From: Phoronis australis
Taxonomy: Eukaryota > Animalia > Phoronida
DNA: 64,000 nt
NCBI GenBank assembly: GCA_002633005.1
Contig: NMRA01000062.1
Coordinates: forward strand, 729,981 to 793,980
Direction of reading: 5' to 3'
The first letter of the stretch is position 1. Every line of letters starts with the position of its first letter. Positions 1 to 13,080 of this stretch are shown here, piece by piece. Position numbers and translations under genes: made by a program. A model generated the notes under the pieces. That model searched no databases. It was not told where the DNA came from and was given only the letters and a program-made list of their open reading frames with translations.

Positions 1-89
1 GCATTTATTTTGTGCTAGTATATACATTTCAATTCCGGCTAAATGTCGACAAACTCTTGACTGGTATACTTCGTCCACATTGTTGAAAT

Positions 90-500
90 CGCAACATCTT
101 TGCAAACAAAAAGCTTATTACATCGTAGATCATATACAACAGATCTGCAACTCCGACGTTTTCTTGTGCGGATTCCTAGTGGAGGCACCACTCTCCTAAA
201 TTACCAATGTCAGTTTCTGGTTAGTGTATTGTGACGGGAAATTCTCGCATCCATTTTACTGTCCAGTGCAACGAAAAAAATAATTTTGGCATTGAAACGC
301 TATTCAAAGTCTTCCAATAGTAGAACTGTTGGTATCATGAGTACTTTTGGCACCTGAACACACAACAGCCGACCATGTTAGCAGACGACGTACTTGCTGG
401 AAGTAAAACTTGCTAATTTTGCCAGGTGTCGCTAGTGTACAGTGACGTCAGGATTATGCGTAACTAAGATCACAGATTTCGCCCATTGAAAATATACGGA
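90..500 (+). repeat. Dispersed repeat; inverted copy at about 22360-22736, continuing after 23496
   Basis: ccattttactgtccag..caacgaaaaaaa...ttccaatagtagaact..tggtatc.tgagtacttttggca matches the reverse complement of 22515-22610. Confidence 0.8.
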
Positions 501-2440
501 GTTGGCGGACCATGTACTATTATATTCTATGATTACATGAATCGACTATTGGTGGCTTTGAACAATACTGTCATGTTAATGTCTGACCAAATTCGACAAA
601 ATCATTATTTTATTGCAACAAATAGTTGCTTGAATTTCCAACTCCTGAGACAATCCCGTTTTATATTTCACTACATTCTTTGGGGGTTTAATACTGCTCT
701 GAAAAGCCCTGGTGTACATGTCAGTCATTGTGTTGAGTAGGCAGGTCACACAACAGAGATCATCCACCATATGTCAACAAAGGACAACAATTACAATGCA
801 CATTTCTTTTCTTCTGGACAGCAGTAGTAAAGCATTCTTTGCCATTCAAACAATGAAGAAGTTCGAATTTCAATTACGGTTTTAGCTTTTTATACATGAC
901 AGTCATGTTTATATTTGGGTGCTTTATGTTATTACCCCTGTCCATTGTCTGGCATCCGTCACTCTATCTTCCGGTATGTCACAGACAATAAAAAGCTCCA
1001 AATCCCTTGGAATTGCATGGTCACAAATTTTTCAGATTTATGATTTGGTTCCTTTCATAGATGTGACGACATGAGCATATTTTGCACTGATCTGACCACT
1101 GATGTGCCCTCTACTGGCAATTTTGATTTGTTTACGTTAATTGCCTGCATGCTTTCCGAGTTCCTTAATGAATTTTCATAAAATTTGGCAAATAACTGAT
1201 ATCTGTTGGTCCGATGATGCCACCTTTCTGTTTTTGGATGGATTGGACACATTTTTCACTTAGTGGCCATTTTTACTGTTTTCTAGTCTGTGTATTGACA
1301 TCCGTCCCTTTTTCAGCCAAACCACTCAAAGGATGATTACAAAACTTGGCATTCATGCTCCTACTCAGAAGATGTCAAAGCTGATGACGTTTTTTAGAGG
1401 CAACCAACTACTTTGGCACCTCCTAGTATCAGTTTTGTTTTTTGCACCCATGGCTATATCTCATAAACCCTCTACATGATCTATATTGAATTTGACAAGT
1501 TTATTTATAAGAAGGTGACAACGATGGGTAACTTTTGGAATGTTCCGAGTACTGCTGTGCCTCTTATGGCAAATTTAATGATACCCTTTTTCCTCTGCAT
1601 CTTTGGAGTTCCTGAACGGATTTTTTGAAATTTGTTGTCATGTAAAATGGGTTTCTGTTAAAAAAGCAATGACATCTTTCCGTTTTCAAATGAATTTGTT
1701 GTAGTACACTCCAGCTAGTGGCTATTTTATTATTTTTGAGTGTTGTTATCTCGCCCAAAGCACTCAAAGAATCATTGGTATATGTGTTCCTACTGGGAAG
1801 TGCATGGCTGATGAATATTTTGACAATTTTGACCACTAAGGTGCCCCCCAGTGGCTGTTCTGTTTTTTTCATATTCACAGCTGTTTCTCCTGAATCCTTG
1901 CACGATCTTTGGGAAACTTGGCAAGTGTATTTCTATGAAAATGACCATCGTGGTGACAATGGTGGGCGCATATCAACGCTTTGCGTTGCTGTTGTATATT
2001 CTGCAGGGTCCAAAATGGGCGAAAAAGCATGTTGCCACAAAACGGGCATTGGTTATCATTGTGACACCCACCGCTGTTCCTTAATCCCCAAACGCCAGCC
2101 ATACAAGTCCAGGCCTTGAGGTAAGTGCCTGTTATAATCCCTGGGGATATGGAGCATGAGTGGCAGGTTGGGAAATGAGATGTAGCGCCTAGTGCAAATC
2201 CAAGATTGGTAGTCAGAGTTCTGTCGCAGTCCGAGGTCTGTCTAGTTTATTTTGAAAACTACAGTTGCTATACTTCACCCGTTGGCTTAGAATGTGAAAA
2301 CGAAAGTAAGAATTTTTAGTCTTCTCACACAGCATATGTGAGACGCATCACGCGACCTTGTTAATTAGCATAGGAGTTGTCTCATGATCAAACTGGCCAT
2401 GATTGTCATCAGCCTCTCAGACTGTGTTTTGCTTGTGCAG

Positions 2441-2556
2441 GTGGTTCCATTTGTAACATGTATGGCTTCAGCCTGGCACGGTTTCGCAAGTATCCAGAGG
2501 TCAAGTCAGTAGGCATGACTGGCATTCCACGGATATGTGCCTTCACATCAGAGCAT
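2441..2556 (+). CDS. Decarboxylase exon (GGSICNMYG...AFTSEH)
   Basis: ttgtgcag acceptor, gtaagt donor; phase-1 start; conserved GG(S/A)xxNMY motif. Confidence 0.9.
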
Positions 2557-5500
2557 GTAAGTCATAGTGCTAATACTGCATTCACAAGGGGCAAATAATG
2601 GATCAGACGTGTGAATCAGATGGCAGGTCAACTGTCAACGCCTTTGATAAAATAGCATTCTACAGCAACTATAAACCTGTGTTCCATCAAAGAAGCAAGC
2701 TTATGACTTGGACCGCTCATGGTTATCAAATTGGTATCACCTCAGGTGGTTTCTGGTCTCGCAAAGTACTGAGATGTTGTTATTTCATGAGACCATGCTC
2801 GGTGCATAAACTGACAAGTGACACCTTAAAAGCTTGGGGCCTGTTCCAAGAAACTGACTTACCCGGTAAGTTCATTTTTGACTTAAGTTTAAGATTTGTC
2901 TTAATTTCCAAACTTTGAAACTTCCACATTAGGCAAGTAAGTCAAAATTAAGACAAAACTTATGTCCAACACTTAAAACAAACTTAAGATCTCTTTCTTG
3001 AATTGGTTTTGAGACAAATTTAACTTTTATTCTAAAATTTACAAATATTTAAGATTTGTCTTAGCTAAGTCAGTTTTGTTGGAACGGGCCCCTGGACTCC
3101 AGCAATAACAAGCTGTCTGCTTTTTGGATGTCACGAAATCACCTAAAATTTGACTAACAGAAGAACAATTTCCTAACAAAACGTAGTCTTAAATCAAAAT
3201 TTGGATTTTATGTTGAAAAGCGGGTATACAGCCACTTTAAAAGGAAATTTGGGGATTTTTGAACCTTTAAGCATAAAGAGAAGACTGAAATAACTTAATA
3301 GATAACTGATTAGCAACCTTATTATGAAAAATCAAAAAGTTGATCTTCAAGTATTCCAGAAACTGGAACTTGACGTCACATGTATTCATTGGGTCCACGG
3401 CTGTGATCTCCTGAATCCTTTCAAGGATCTTTGTGAAATTTGGCAAGTGTTTTCCTATGATTGTGGCAAAGACTGACTACGGGTTTTTCGACAAATCTGA
3501 CTGTGGCTGTCCCCCCTAGTTGCAGTCTTATTTTTGGCATTTGCCTCCAATTTCATTATTCTTTGATAGTTTTTCTCTAAGTTTGCCAAACAGGGATTTC
3601 TGTTATGGAGATGACAGTGCCTTTTTATTTCAGGACAGATGCCACACATTATGCACCACCTAGTGGCCACTTTCATTACTCTTGAGTCCTTTTTTGGTGT
3701 CAGTTTCTCTAGCTGCCAAAAGGTTCAAAATACCAAAAAATGTTCTTCTGATTTTCGGATTGGCCTTACTGCTGTGGCATTATTTTGATCCTTGAATATA
3801 TCTCCCAAATTACGTACACGGTCTTTGTGAAGTTTGGCAATTGATGGACGGATCCGACAACCACTCTGCCCTCTAGTGAAATTTGACTTTCCATGTTTAC
3901 CTCAGTATCTTTTCAATCAGTATCTTTTTGAGGCCCTTGATGAATTTTCATGAAATGTGGCAAATACAGTAAGTTGTTTTCCATCAGGAAGATGGTGACG
4001 TCTTGGCATTTTCAGACAGGTTCTGGGTATTTTAAGCTTTCCGTTTGTAGTGCAGTCATAGACACATTTCAACAATTTGCTCCTGTTAAAAAATTTGAGT
4101 CTGTTTTTGGGCATCTTCCCAAAGGATCATGAAAATTGGCAGATGTACGCCTGTATCTTCTCAATCCTTTGAAGGAACTTCGTACGGTTGTACAAGTGTT
4201 TTGAATTTGTATAAATGTGACAAAGGCTGCCCACGACTTTTGTATAGCTTTGAATACTGAATGTGGTTCCTAATGCAATTTGTCTTTTTTCCATTTTCGC
4301 CTTTATACCTTTAGCATCCCTTGACAGATTTGCATGAAATTTGACAAATTGTTTTTTATCACACCTATGATGGCACCTACCAACTTTCAGGCAACTTGAC
4401 TAATTCTGCACCAGCTTATTAGATTTATCGGATACAGCTGCCATCTTTTGCAAATCACTGCACTCAAATCACTTGTGCATGGGCTTGTTTTTTGCCCACA
4501 ATTTTTACGAGCCCAAACCCGGGAATACAGGTGGCAAATATGCCTTCACCCATATTTTCGAACCAACACGTTCGCCAGTGATGGGTGCTGCGCTGCAAGA
4601 TTTTTCATCTCTGACATGGAGTATTAATAATGATAATAATCAATTAACACTTCTCTCATTAAATAAAGACACAGTGCTCTTGTGATGTACAAGAAAATTG
4701 GAATAGATGGGAAAACTTGGTAGGGCTTTCTGACAACGCACCTCACCCTTATAGAATGTCGTGTACTACACGGCTTTGGTGGTACAAACCGTGTCACACG
4801 TATGAAGGAGTTGTCATGTGCAAGTAGTATTGTGACATGTGACTTACGTGTGTGACATACAGCTATATAAAGCCTCTCTAAAAGCGTTTGCCTAGTGGCA
4901 ATTGGACGCTCCGCCAACCCTGATTCCAGTGTCGGTGTTGACAAAATTTTAGCCTCAACTTCCTTTACAGGCTCATTATTCGTGTAAGAAAGGTGTGAAT
5001 TTCATGGGGATTGGACTAGACAGTCTTGTTACTGTCACGTGTGATGAGAGAGGACGAATGTTGCCCTCTGAGCTGGAAGCTGCCATATTGAAAGCCAAGC
5101 AAGAGGTGCATATAACTGCTGGTTTGTGTTACAGTATGTAATACATGTACTCATATGTGACTAGCTAAATGTGCTTTTTTAATTATAAATCTGCAAAATG
5201 ATGTCTTTTGGAATCGGGAATTTCCAAACTTGTAACTTGGATTCAGCATTCACATTCCCCGTTATAGGCTTGACCCATTTACTGCTTCGATCAACTAATC
5301 CCTAAACTTGAATCCCTTTGAATACCTCTGCATGGTTGCCTTACTCCATTTTAATAGGATAATAGGCTTGTCCGCTGACCTCGCCTAGTGCAGGATAAGA
5401 GTTAAAGAGTCAGTTTGTTATGTGAGTCACACCAGCAGACTGGTTATGCCTTCATGATCCAGGTGACAGGCATCTCGATAAGTTATTTTGTGGTAAGCAC

Positions 5501-8500
5501 GACTCATTAATAATTAAAGCGTCTCAGAAAATTCATAGAAAGTCAAACCACAGTATGAGTGGAACTGAAGCCTGGCTGTGATCATGTAGCTGTTGAATTG
5601 CAACCCGAGCCTTTTTCATTTTCAGGGTTCTGAGCCTTTTATTGTCAATGCTACGGCTGGCACAACTGTGTACGGTGCCTTTGACCCCTTGAATGAAATC
5701 GCCGATGTCTGTCACAAGTATGACGTATGGATGCATGTGGATGCCTGCTGGGGAGGAGGGGCTCTGTTGTCACGGCAACACCGCATCAAGCTGAAGGGGA
5801 TTGAGAGAGCTGACTCGGTTGCATGGAACCCCCACAAAATGATGGGTTCCCTCTTGCAGACTTGTGCCTTTCTCACCAAACATCAGGTGGGTCCAGAGTT
5901 GTCCTCTCAAACAACAAAATTCGACCAAATTATTGAACATGGCATGTTTTTCTGTCTACAAACCTGTCCGACATGGCGAGTACTAGCTCACAAAATATGA
6001 CCTCACATATTGCAGTACTTGGGGATTTTTGCTGGAAAATCCCTCGTCAATAGCTCACTTGCGAGTTTCTCGTTAGTCAATGTGACGTCACCGGAAAAGG
6101 GGCAAAACCCGCCATATTGCTCTTGTTTGGCCCTGAGTCTTAGCTACACACGCTAAATTTTACTGGAGTTCTTATGGTGAATTTTACGCTTAAAACGTAA
6201 ACACGACTTAAAAGATGGTACATGGATCGTGGAATAACTGTGAATGAACGAAGAAAATGTGAACTTGTTATGTTGTGCGAAGCTGTGAACGGACTGAAAT
6301 TGGAACTCAACCCGGTCTAGGCCTGAATGCCGCAAGCATATAGGGGCGATAGTTTATCCCCATAAAAAGTTACTCACTTCAAAATACAGCAAATAAAATC
6401 AAATGGAACATGCATATGTGCACATGGAGTTATAATTAATTAACACATACCCTGACTCTGGATACAATTTAGTCTACAAATAACTTGAACCTATCCATGA
6501 AAACCTCGCGGTTCGCTCAAGTTTCTCTCACAGGGCGCCATCTTGAGGAAGTTACGTGAAATCACGAACAATAAGACCAAGGAACACAAATCTTACAAAT
6601 TCACTTGATGTGTTTTCATGTTATTTTGCAAGTGTCACGCGCTACGTCTCGCGCTTCACTCAGTCTCGCGCTAGCCTTTGCCTCATACTCACCTGACCAG
6701 TTGAACTACTTTGTGGTTATCGCGCGCGCGGTTTAAGTTAACAGTAACCACAATGTGGAGTTGGAATTCTTCGCCAAAGTCACCTGAATTCCCGTACCTA
6801 TGCTTCATCAAAGATATATTTAGAAGCAGAAAGGACCACTGGAGAAAGTAAGCGCCTGTTTAGGTGATAATTTTAGATGTAGAATGTATTTTTGACGTGG
6901 TGAAAACTTAATCAGTGAGCGGATTTCGCCTATCGCTCGTTTAAAATACACGAAACGAAATTAGTACAAAACGTGATAAAACGTATTGAAGTGCGAATCT
7001 GAATTTCATTTGCCATAACAGCAGTACTTGTTCGGCATTTTTTGAACTAAACGGCCAAAAAGTGGAAGAAAATAACAGAATACACTCTGCTAACCTATTG
7101 GGCAAATGGGCCAAACGACAAGCTTTTGCCCAATGGGATAAATATAAAGCTCATTGCTTTTGCCCCACTTCCCGTGACGTCACAATTAAGTCTCACGTAA
7201 TCTCGCGTTATTGTTATAAACTCGCAAAAGGACTATTGGAACTTCAAATTCCCATACAAACCGCAACTTGTGAAACATTACATTTAGGGTTTGCCACTTT
7301 GTTCTATGCTTCCTGACATGTTAATTGACAATTTCGAAGTTTTCCTGCCCATCAGGCACCCAGTAGTTTTTTACAGTTACTTTGTGAAATTAAGGTTGTA
7401 AAATTTGTTCTCGGTCAAGTACAGAGCGACATAACTTAAATATTGTTATGCTCTCCCATGTTTAACAGTCTGGAGTGCATGTTTTCAATGTTGCTTGTGT
7501 ACTGCAGCAGTTTCTTGTAACGGTTGTGTAGTGAGACTAGCTGGGCTGCCATCTGTAGGGATTTAGCTGTATTCTACGCACTTTTAGGGTACATAGGGGT
7601 TTCAAATGTTGCAGTTAATGGGCATTAACCCTCTTTACTCTTCTTCAAACATCAGATGAAAGTTAAACATTTTTTTAAAAATTATCAGCATTTTGAAGTG
7701 CCAGGTCGGCAAAGACAGAGGCAGAAAATACCAGAAAGTGATGTGGTCGCAAAAATCCTTAGGCCCACATGAATGAACGGGAGCATGAGTTGTGGTGAAG
7801 TTAAACTTTATTTCTTCGTTAGTTTTTGTTGCTCACGTTAACTGTAACATACAAAAAACGTTCCATGAGACAATTGCACAATGCGTTGGTCGTTTACAAG
7901 TTACACTACTAATATTTAACGTTGCCTAATATACTTACTCAAACTAACGTCAAACTACTTGAATCTATGCAAAAGAATACGCGTTACATTATGTTGAAGT
8001 TCTGACTATATAACAAAACTAGCTACAATATACTTAATGTACCAATTTGCGGCATAAATTACGACAAAACTGTGAGATTATAGTAAACTCATCAGTGAAG
8101 GCATTGAAATAAGAATGAGTCAAGTTCGCATGTCACACCTACAAACCATGGTCTGTCGATACTAATTGAAGAATTAGCCACGTGGAAACTAGACACAGTA
8201 GAAGCCACATCACAAATACAAAACCACCAACAGATGGCGAATAAAGTCAAACTACTAACGGAGTGCGTCGGCACTTAAATAGTCAATAACGCAAGATCCA
8301 ACCAATATTATGTATCATCAGTACCAGTGTATGATGTAATTTACATACAAGAGTTCCCTTTCATGATTGTTCAGTTGATGCTGCTTTGTGAAGGACTGAC
8401 CAATGAAAACCGTGCTTACAATTTCTTAGTTCTTGTGCTCACCAGGGTCTTCTCAATCATGCCCACTGTGCTAACGCCACCTATCTGTTCCAACAAGACA

Positions 8501-10028
8501 AATTCTACGATGTCTCCTTTGATACGGGAGATAAGTCCATCCAGTGTGGCCGTACAGTCGATGTACTGAAAGTATGGTTCATGTGGAAGGCATACGGTAA
8601 CGAGGGCTTGGAGGCTCGGATAGACAACATTTTCACTTTGTCCAAGTACTTGACAGACAAGATCAGGAGAACGGAAGGATTTAGGCTTGTAGTGGATGAG
8701 GTGAGTGGCCGAATAGATTTTTTGAATTAATCACTGAAAATTATTGTTCTATTTGGTGATGCAATTTCATAATGCAAATGTACTATAATCTTTATTTTGT
8801 TCCCTAGTTATTTTGTACATGTAATTCATCATGGTGACTGTAATGCAGGCAAACTTTTGTTAAATAGTGGCATTTTGGAATGCAATGGTGACAGGATGCA
8901 CTTAACATTTGTCTCTGATACATTGAGTCACACATTACTTTGTCTATTTTCACAGCCAGAATGCAGTAATGTCTGTTTCTGGTACATTCCTGAGAACATG
9001 AGAGGGCAAGAAGAGACAGCAAGCTGGTATCACAAACTGGGAAAGGTAAGACCTGTTGTTCGCTCTCGTTTATCTGCATTTATTTACTATGAGTTTCAGC
9101 TTTTTAAACAATGTTTACCAACTCGTTGTAAGTAAAAACTCAATTTAAAATTAGCTGTGGTGACGTAAGGAAGATGGACAGGGAGGGGATGTTTATATCA
9201 TGATGGGTGAAATGTGACCAACAGTTTTGGATGACACAATATGTGAAGGGTCCCTTAGTGCAAGGGGCCAGCTTGCCGAGCTTGTCCTGCAGGTCCATAC
9301 TTAAAGCAGCATGTCAGAGTGGTGATTTGTGCGTATTGACAAGCTAAATGTAGGTATACCTTTTGTGTACCTATGACGCACTTATTGCAGCAAAATCTCA
9401 CCGACTTCGAACAAAAACAATTACTGCAAAATTGGTGTGTAAAATCATTTGTTTTGTGCTGCATAAATACGCAAAACTGAAAATTAAGTAAAATTTCACG
9501 TATTGTTATGTCCTGTCCTAAATTGATGAGATTTTACCATAAATGTCACACCGTAGAATGTTACGTGATCAAAGCTTTCTTCTGTAAATCCTGAGCATGT
9601 AGTGTAATGGCAATGTTACTGGACAATTAATGCTGTCGTGATTTAGTTGGTAACACAGCTTTACAAACACAGCCACCAGTTTTCTTCTAACTTCCTGGAC
9701 TCCTTTAGGTTTGTACGTTTGGGAAAAACGCTACGCTATATCTTGTGTTACTGGGCACTTTGAACCAGTTGTTTTATGTCGTGGACAATGTAAATTGAAT
9801 CACAGTGTTGCCTGTAAGACAGTGTACTGTTTTCCTATCTAGGTCGCACCAGCCATTAAAGGCCAGATGCAACAGGAAGGCACAATGCTGATTGGATATC
9901 AGCCACTGGGTCATCTGGTGAACTTTTTCCGATTTGTTCTGGCCAATCCAGGGGTAACAACTGGTGACATGGACTTTGTCGTCGATGAAATCATTCGCTG
10001 TGGCAAGGATTTAAAGATTGACAGTTAA
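2441..10028 (+). CDS. CSAD: Spliced 3' part (6 exons) of a group II PLP-dependent decarboxylase, cysteine sulfinic acid decarboxylase / GADL1-like (GAD family); 5' exons are outside the window
   Basis: Exons 2441-2556, 4971-5105, 5626-5886, 8446-8700, 8956-9045 and 9843-10028 have AG/GT boundaries and join in frame. Motifs: [42 protein letters not shown] (PLP lysine), [42 protein letters not shown]. The symbol is a family-level best guess; CSAD versus GADL1 is not resolved. Confidence 0.9.
2837..3091. mobile_element. Harbinger-like MITE, family copy 1
   Basis: TIR gggcctgttccaagaaactgactta / taagtcagttttgttggaacgggccc; related copies at 56037-56251 and 57531-57768. Confidence 0.8.
4971..5105 (+). 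CDS. Decarboxylase exon (AHYSCKKG...KAKQE)
   Basis: tcctttacag acceptor, gt donor; 45 codons matching the HYS..K...GIG...V..DERGRM.P..LE segment; not in the ORF track. Confidence 0.92.
5626..5886 (+). CDS. Decarboxylase exon containing HVDA and the PLP-binding NPHK lysine
   Basis: ttttcag acceptor, gtgggt donor; 87 codons [14 protein letters not shown]...[20 protein letters not shown]. Confidence 0.95.
8446..8700 (+). CDS. Decarboxylase exon (GLLNHAHC...FRLVVDE)
   Basis: accag acceptor, gtgagt donor; contains [24 protein letters not shown] and KVWFMWKA. Confidence 0.95.
8956..9045 (+). CDS. Decarboxylase exon ([12 protein letters not shown]...KLGK)
   Basis: ttttcacag acceptor, gtaaga donor; NVCFWYIP motif. 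Confidence 0.93.
9843..10028 (+). CDS. Terminal decarboxylase exon (VAPAIK...GKDLKIDS*)
   Basis: tttcctatctag acceptor; VAP.IK..M...[15 protein letters not shown]...[14 protein letters not shown]; TAA at 10026-10028. Confidence 0.93.
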   Translation, partial: VAPAIKGQMQQEGTMLIGYQPLGHLVNFFRFVLANPGVTTGDMDFVVDEIIRCGKDLKIDS

Positions 10029-10759
10029 ATGGCGCTTGGTGTCCATTTGCCTCAGGGATGGGTTGGTTGTGGTTATTGATCAGTTAATTAAAAACTTATA
10101 ACAAAGATGGACTGTCTCCTGCTGTTATTTTAGTCATAATGGCTGATCATTATTATACACCATCCCTCATAATGATATGTATATGGTTACGGCTGTGTCT
10201 GTCGTCATCCTTCTCTAGCTGCTATTTGTCTGGCGAGCCGCACCTGTGTCTCCTAAAACCCATACAGGATCTTTGTAAAATTTGGCAAATATGTTGCTAT
10301 CAACATGACGAAGGACTATGACTTTCGGATGGATCCGACCTGCTGTGACCCTTGTGGCAATTTTCTTTACATCAACCTTTGTATCTTTGGAGTTCCTCGA
10401 CAGATTTTCATGAATGCGGCAAATAGGTTTTTGAAGAAAGACCATGGTGCCTTCATGTTTAGACAGATACAGCATGTTCAGTGCCATCTAGTGGCCATCT
10501 TCAGTGCCATCTAGTGGCCACTGTTATTTATTTCCAGTTTTTTTTTTGGTGTCCTGCTCTATGTGCTGGACTTCTTTTGAAAAGAATCATGATCAAAATT
10601 CTTAGATGTGCTCCGACTGAGATTTTCATATGGGTGCTAGACTAGCAAGTGCTGTGGCTCCCCCTAGTGACATTTTTTCGCATAGTGAGTGTTTCTCCTA
10701 ATGCTTTCAAGATGTTTCGGAAATTTGGCAAGTGTATTCCTTTCAGCTTCACCATAGAG

Positions 10760-10932
10760 GAATGGATCCTAGTATTACTGTGCTTCCTAATGACCACAAT
10801 AGATGAATGGATCCTAGTATTACTGTGCTTCCTAATGACCACAATAGATGAATGGATCCTAGTATTACTGTGCTTCCTAATGACCACAATAGATGAATGG
10901 ATCCTAGTATTACTGTGCTTCCTAATGACCAC
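10760..10932 (+). repeat. 45-bp minisatellite, about 3.9 perfect copies
   Basis: gaatggatcctagtattactgtgcttcctaatgaccacaatagat starts at 10760, 10805, 10850 and 10895. Confidence 0.95.
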
Positions 10933-11450
10933 TTGTTTTTTCACGTTTGTCTCTGTATCTGTTGAATTCCTTGAAGGATTTCCATGAAATTTGCAAATCG
11001 TTTTGTATTAGAGAGATGATGATTTTTTCCTATTTTCGGATGTGTCAGACGTACTCTGCCATTAGATGGCCATTTTTTTTGCATACCAATAAACACCCCT
11101 TGATGCCATTTGCGATGCAGTTGTGGGTGCATTTCAATTCCTCAGGTTGCTTAATTGTTAATGTTTAAATCTGCCTCAGTTACACCAAAGTATAGGTGGA
11201 TCATTGTTGAATTTGACTTATTTCTATTGAGAAAACCCGACTAATAGCGATTTTTTTGTATGGGTGCAACTACAGTAGCACACCGTAGTGCCACTTTTGT
11301 TTTAAGGAAACGACACCTCCCCATTTTCAGATAGATTCGATCTTTTTGTGCTCTAGTGGCTGTTCTCATTGCGTCAGTGTCTGTTCTACGTCACCGACCT
11401 ACTTATCATTGAATTACCATGAAAGTTGAAAGATGATTGTATTCCTATTG

Positions 11451-11507
11451 AGGAGAGAGAGAGGGAGGGACNGAGGGAGGGAGGGAGAGAGTGAGAGAGA
11501 GAGAGAG
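11451..11507 (+). repeat. (GA)n/(GAGG)n microsatellite
   Basis: Direct reading. Confidence 0.9.
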
Positions 11508-11963
11508 TATGGCCCACATTAATTTTCCCACTGTTCCACTGTAGCACCCCCTAATGGTAAATTTAATTTTCTCCACATTTGCCTGTCTACCAAGTTCTTT
11601 ATTTTTTCATGAAATTGTGCATGTGTTCCTATTGAGTAAAGCTGAGATGTTGTCAATTTTTGTATGTATGTGACTATTGTTGGGACAGTGTTATTTAGTC
11701 CGTCTTAATATCTGCCGAAATTCTTTGATGGATTTTTGTGAATTTTTTGTATGCTCCTAATGAGAGCCAGCAGATTGATGCTAATTTTCTGGGGACCACG
11801 CTACCATGCAATTATTTCATAAAATGAGTACCTGTTTTCTGTACCCTTTGCGATGCTATGACTAGATGCATATATATGTCCTGCATTGCACCTGTACCTA
11901 TAGTTGTGGTGATTGCATTACAATCTCATGTACTGGCAATGTCTTGTGGTTAATAATTCTATA

Positions 11964-11969
11964 AATAAA
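11964..11969 (+). promoter_or_regulatory. Candidate polyadenylation signal (AATAAA) for the decarboxylase gene
   Basis: AATAAA about 1.9 kb after the stop; another AATAAA occurs at 11088, so the site used is unknown. Confidence 0.3.
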
Positions 11970-13080
11970 ATCTGGAAAATATAACGAAGTCTTGTTCATC
12001 TTTGAGCCCACTTATAACAGCAAAAACTGGGTTTCTTAGCCCAAAAAAATTTGATGGACTAGTGGAATTTTTAGTTAAACCATGAGTAATCAGAACATGT
12101 CACGTATGCCATAAACATCCTGATCACTACTGATACTGAGAAGTGTGGTTTCCTTTTCTTTTTTCGATTTTACCGTTCCAATTAGAACCACAAATGATTC
12201 CCAGAGAAAATGCTTGATCACTCCACGGTAGCGGAAGTGATACATGACCCAAGTATTAAAATACTTGTATGTCATGTATCTTTTCCGCTTAAAAGCAGAC
12301 AAATCAAAAGGACAAATTTTATTCAAGATTTTTCACTTGGCGGTTGTCGGATGGTTCATTTGGGATCCTTTATAAAATCTCTTGAAATAACTTGGTCTAA
12401 AAGATTATTATAAACTGATGATATTGCCCGGATAGCTATTCTGACGACAAATGACATTTTCATTTTTTTTTCATTTTAGTAAACTATTTTACCAAACTTT
12501 ATCCAAGGAAAGAAAAAAATTGTTTTTGCAAGAAGTTTTTAGAGCCGTTGAAGATTTATCCGGTACATTGGAGGTTATACTAAAGATTTGGTCCATTATG
12601 AATTGCTGTGGTTTAATACAAAATTATTAATAGATAAAAAACAATATTTTATAGACAATAGTATAGAAAGGGTACACCGTATATTTATGATCTCTTAAAT
12701 TCCAATGGTAAACTGATGACTTATGACCAGTTTTGCTCCTTCTATGATTTTTGTCCTCCGTTCACTGTTTTCCTGGATGTGCGATTTATTTTCAGGAATT
12801 TATTGAAAAGTTTATTATACACCAGACATGCGAGTCCATTTCAAGATACCCTGGGAAGTTAGGCCTATAAAAGGAATGAACCCGGGCTGGGGGCACTCAC
12901 ATTGACAAGATTACCACATTCGCGAGCACTGTACAGTACCAGAAATTGCGGGTAGGCTATACATGTACTTTCTCAGCAAAGTTTTGCGGGACTCGCGCGG
13001 TATTCAAAAGCCCTGAGTCCCACATCAGCTTTGGTCGTCTTCTTACCGACAAGAAGCACCACGGCAGTCTTCTATACTGA

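Larger units (their letters stand above)
900..4495 (+). repeat. Old HINE/Helentron-like intronic elements with degenerate tandem cores of roughly 130-150 bp (gaaatttggcaag motif); similar at 10140-11900, 35715-35900 and 60250-60380
   Basis: Recurrent (t/c)atctc....gat..ttgtgaaatttggcaag..ccactagtggcc units; ccgtccgtc heads at 35760 and 60296. The family assignment is inferred. Confidence 0.5.

Noticed and set aside
2050-2126. Strong gag|gtaagt donor upstream of the first decarboxylase exon
   Set aside because: The preceding sequence does not translate to the expected DGIFxPG segment, so it is not accepted as a coding exon.
10642-10987. ORFs with 15-aa repeats on both strands, and a superficially CRISPR-like array
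   Set aside because: Produced by the 45-bp minisatellite; the units are contiguous with no unique spacers, there are no cas genes, and the context is eukaryotic.
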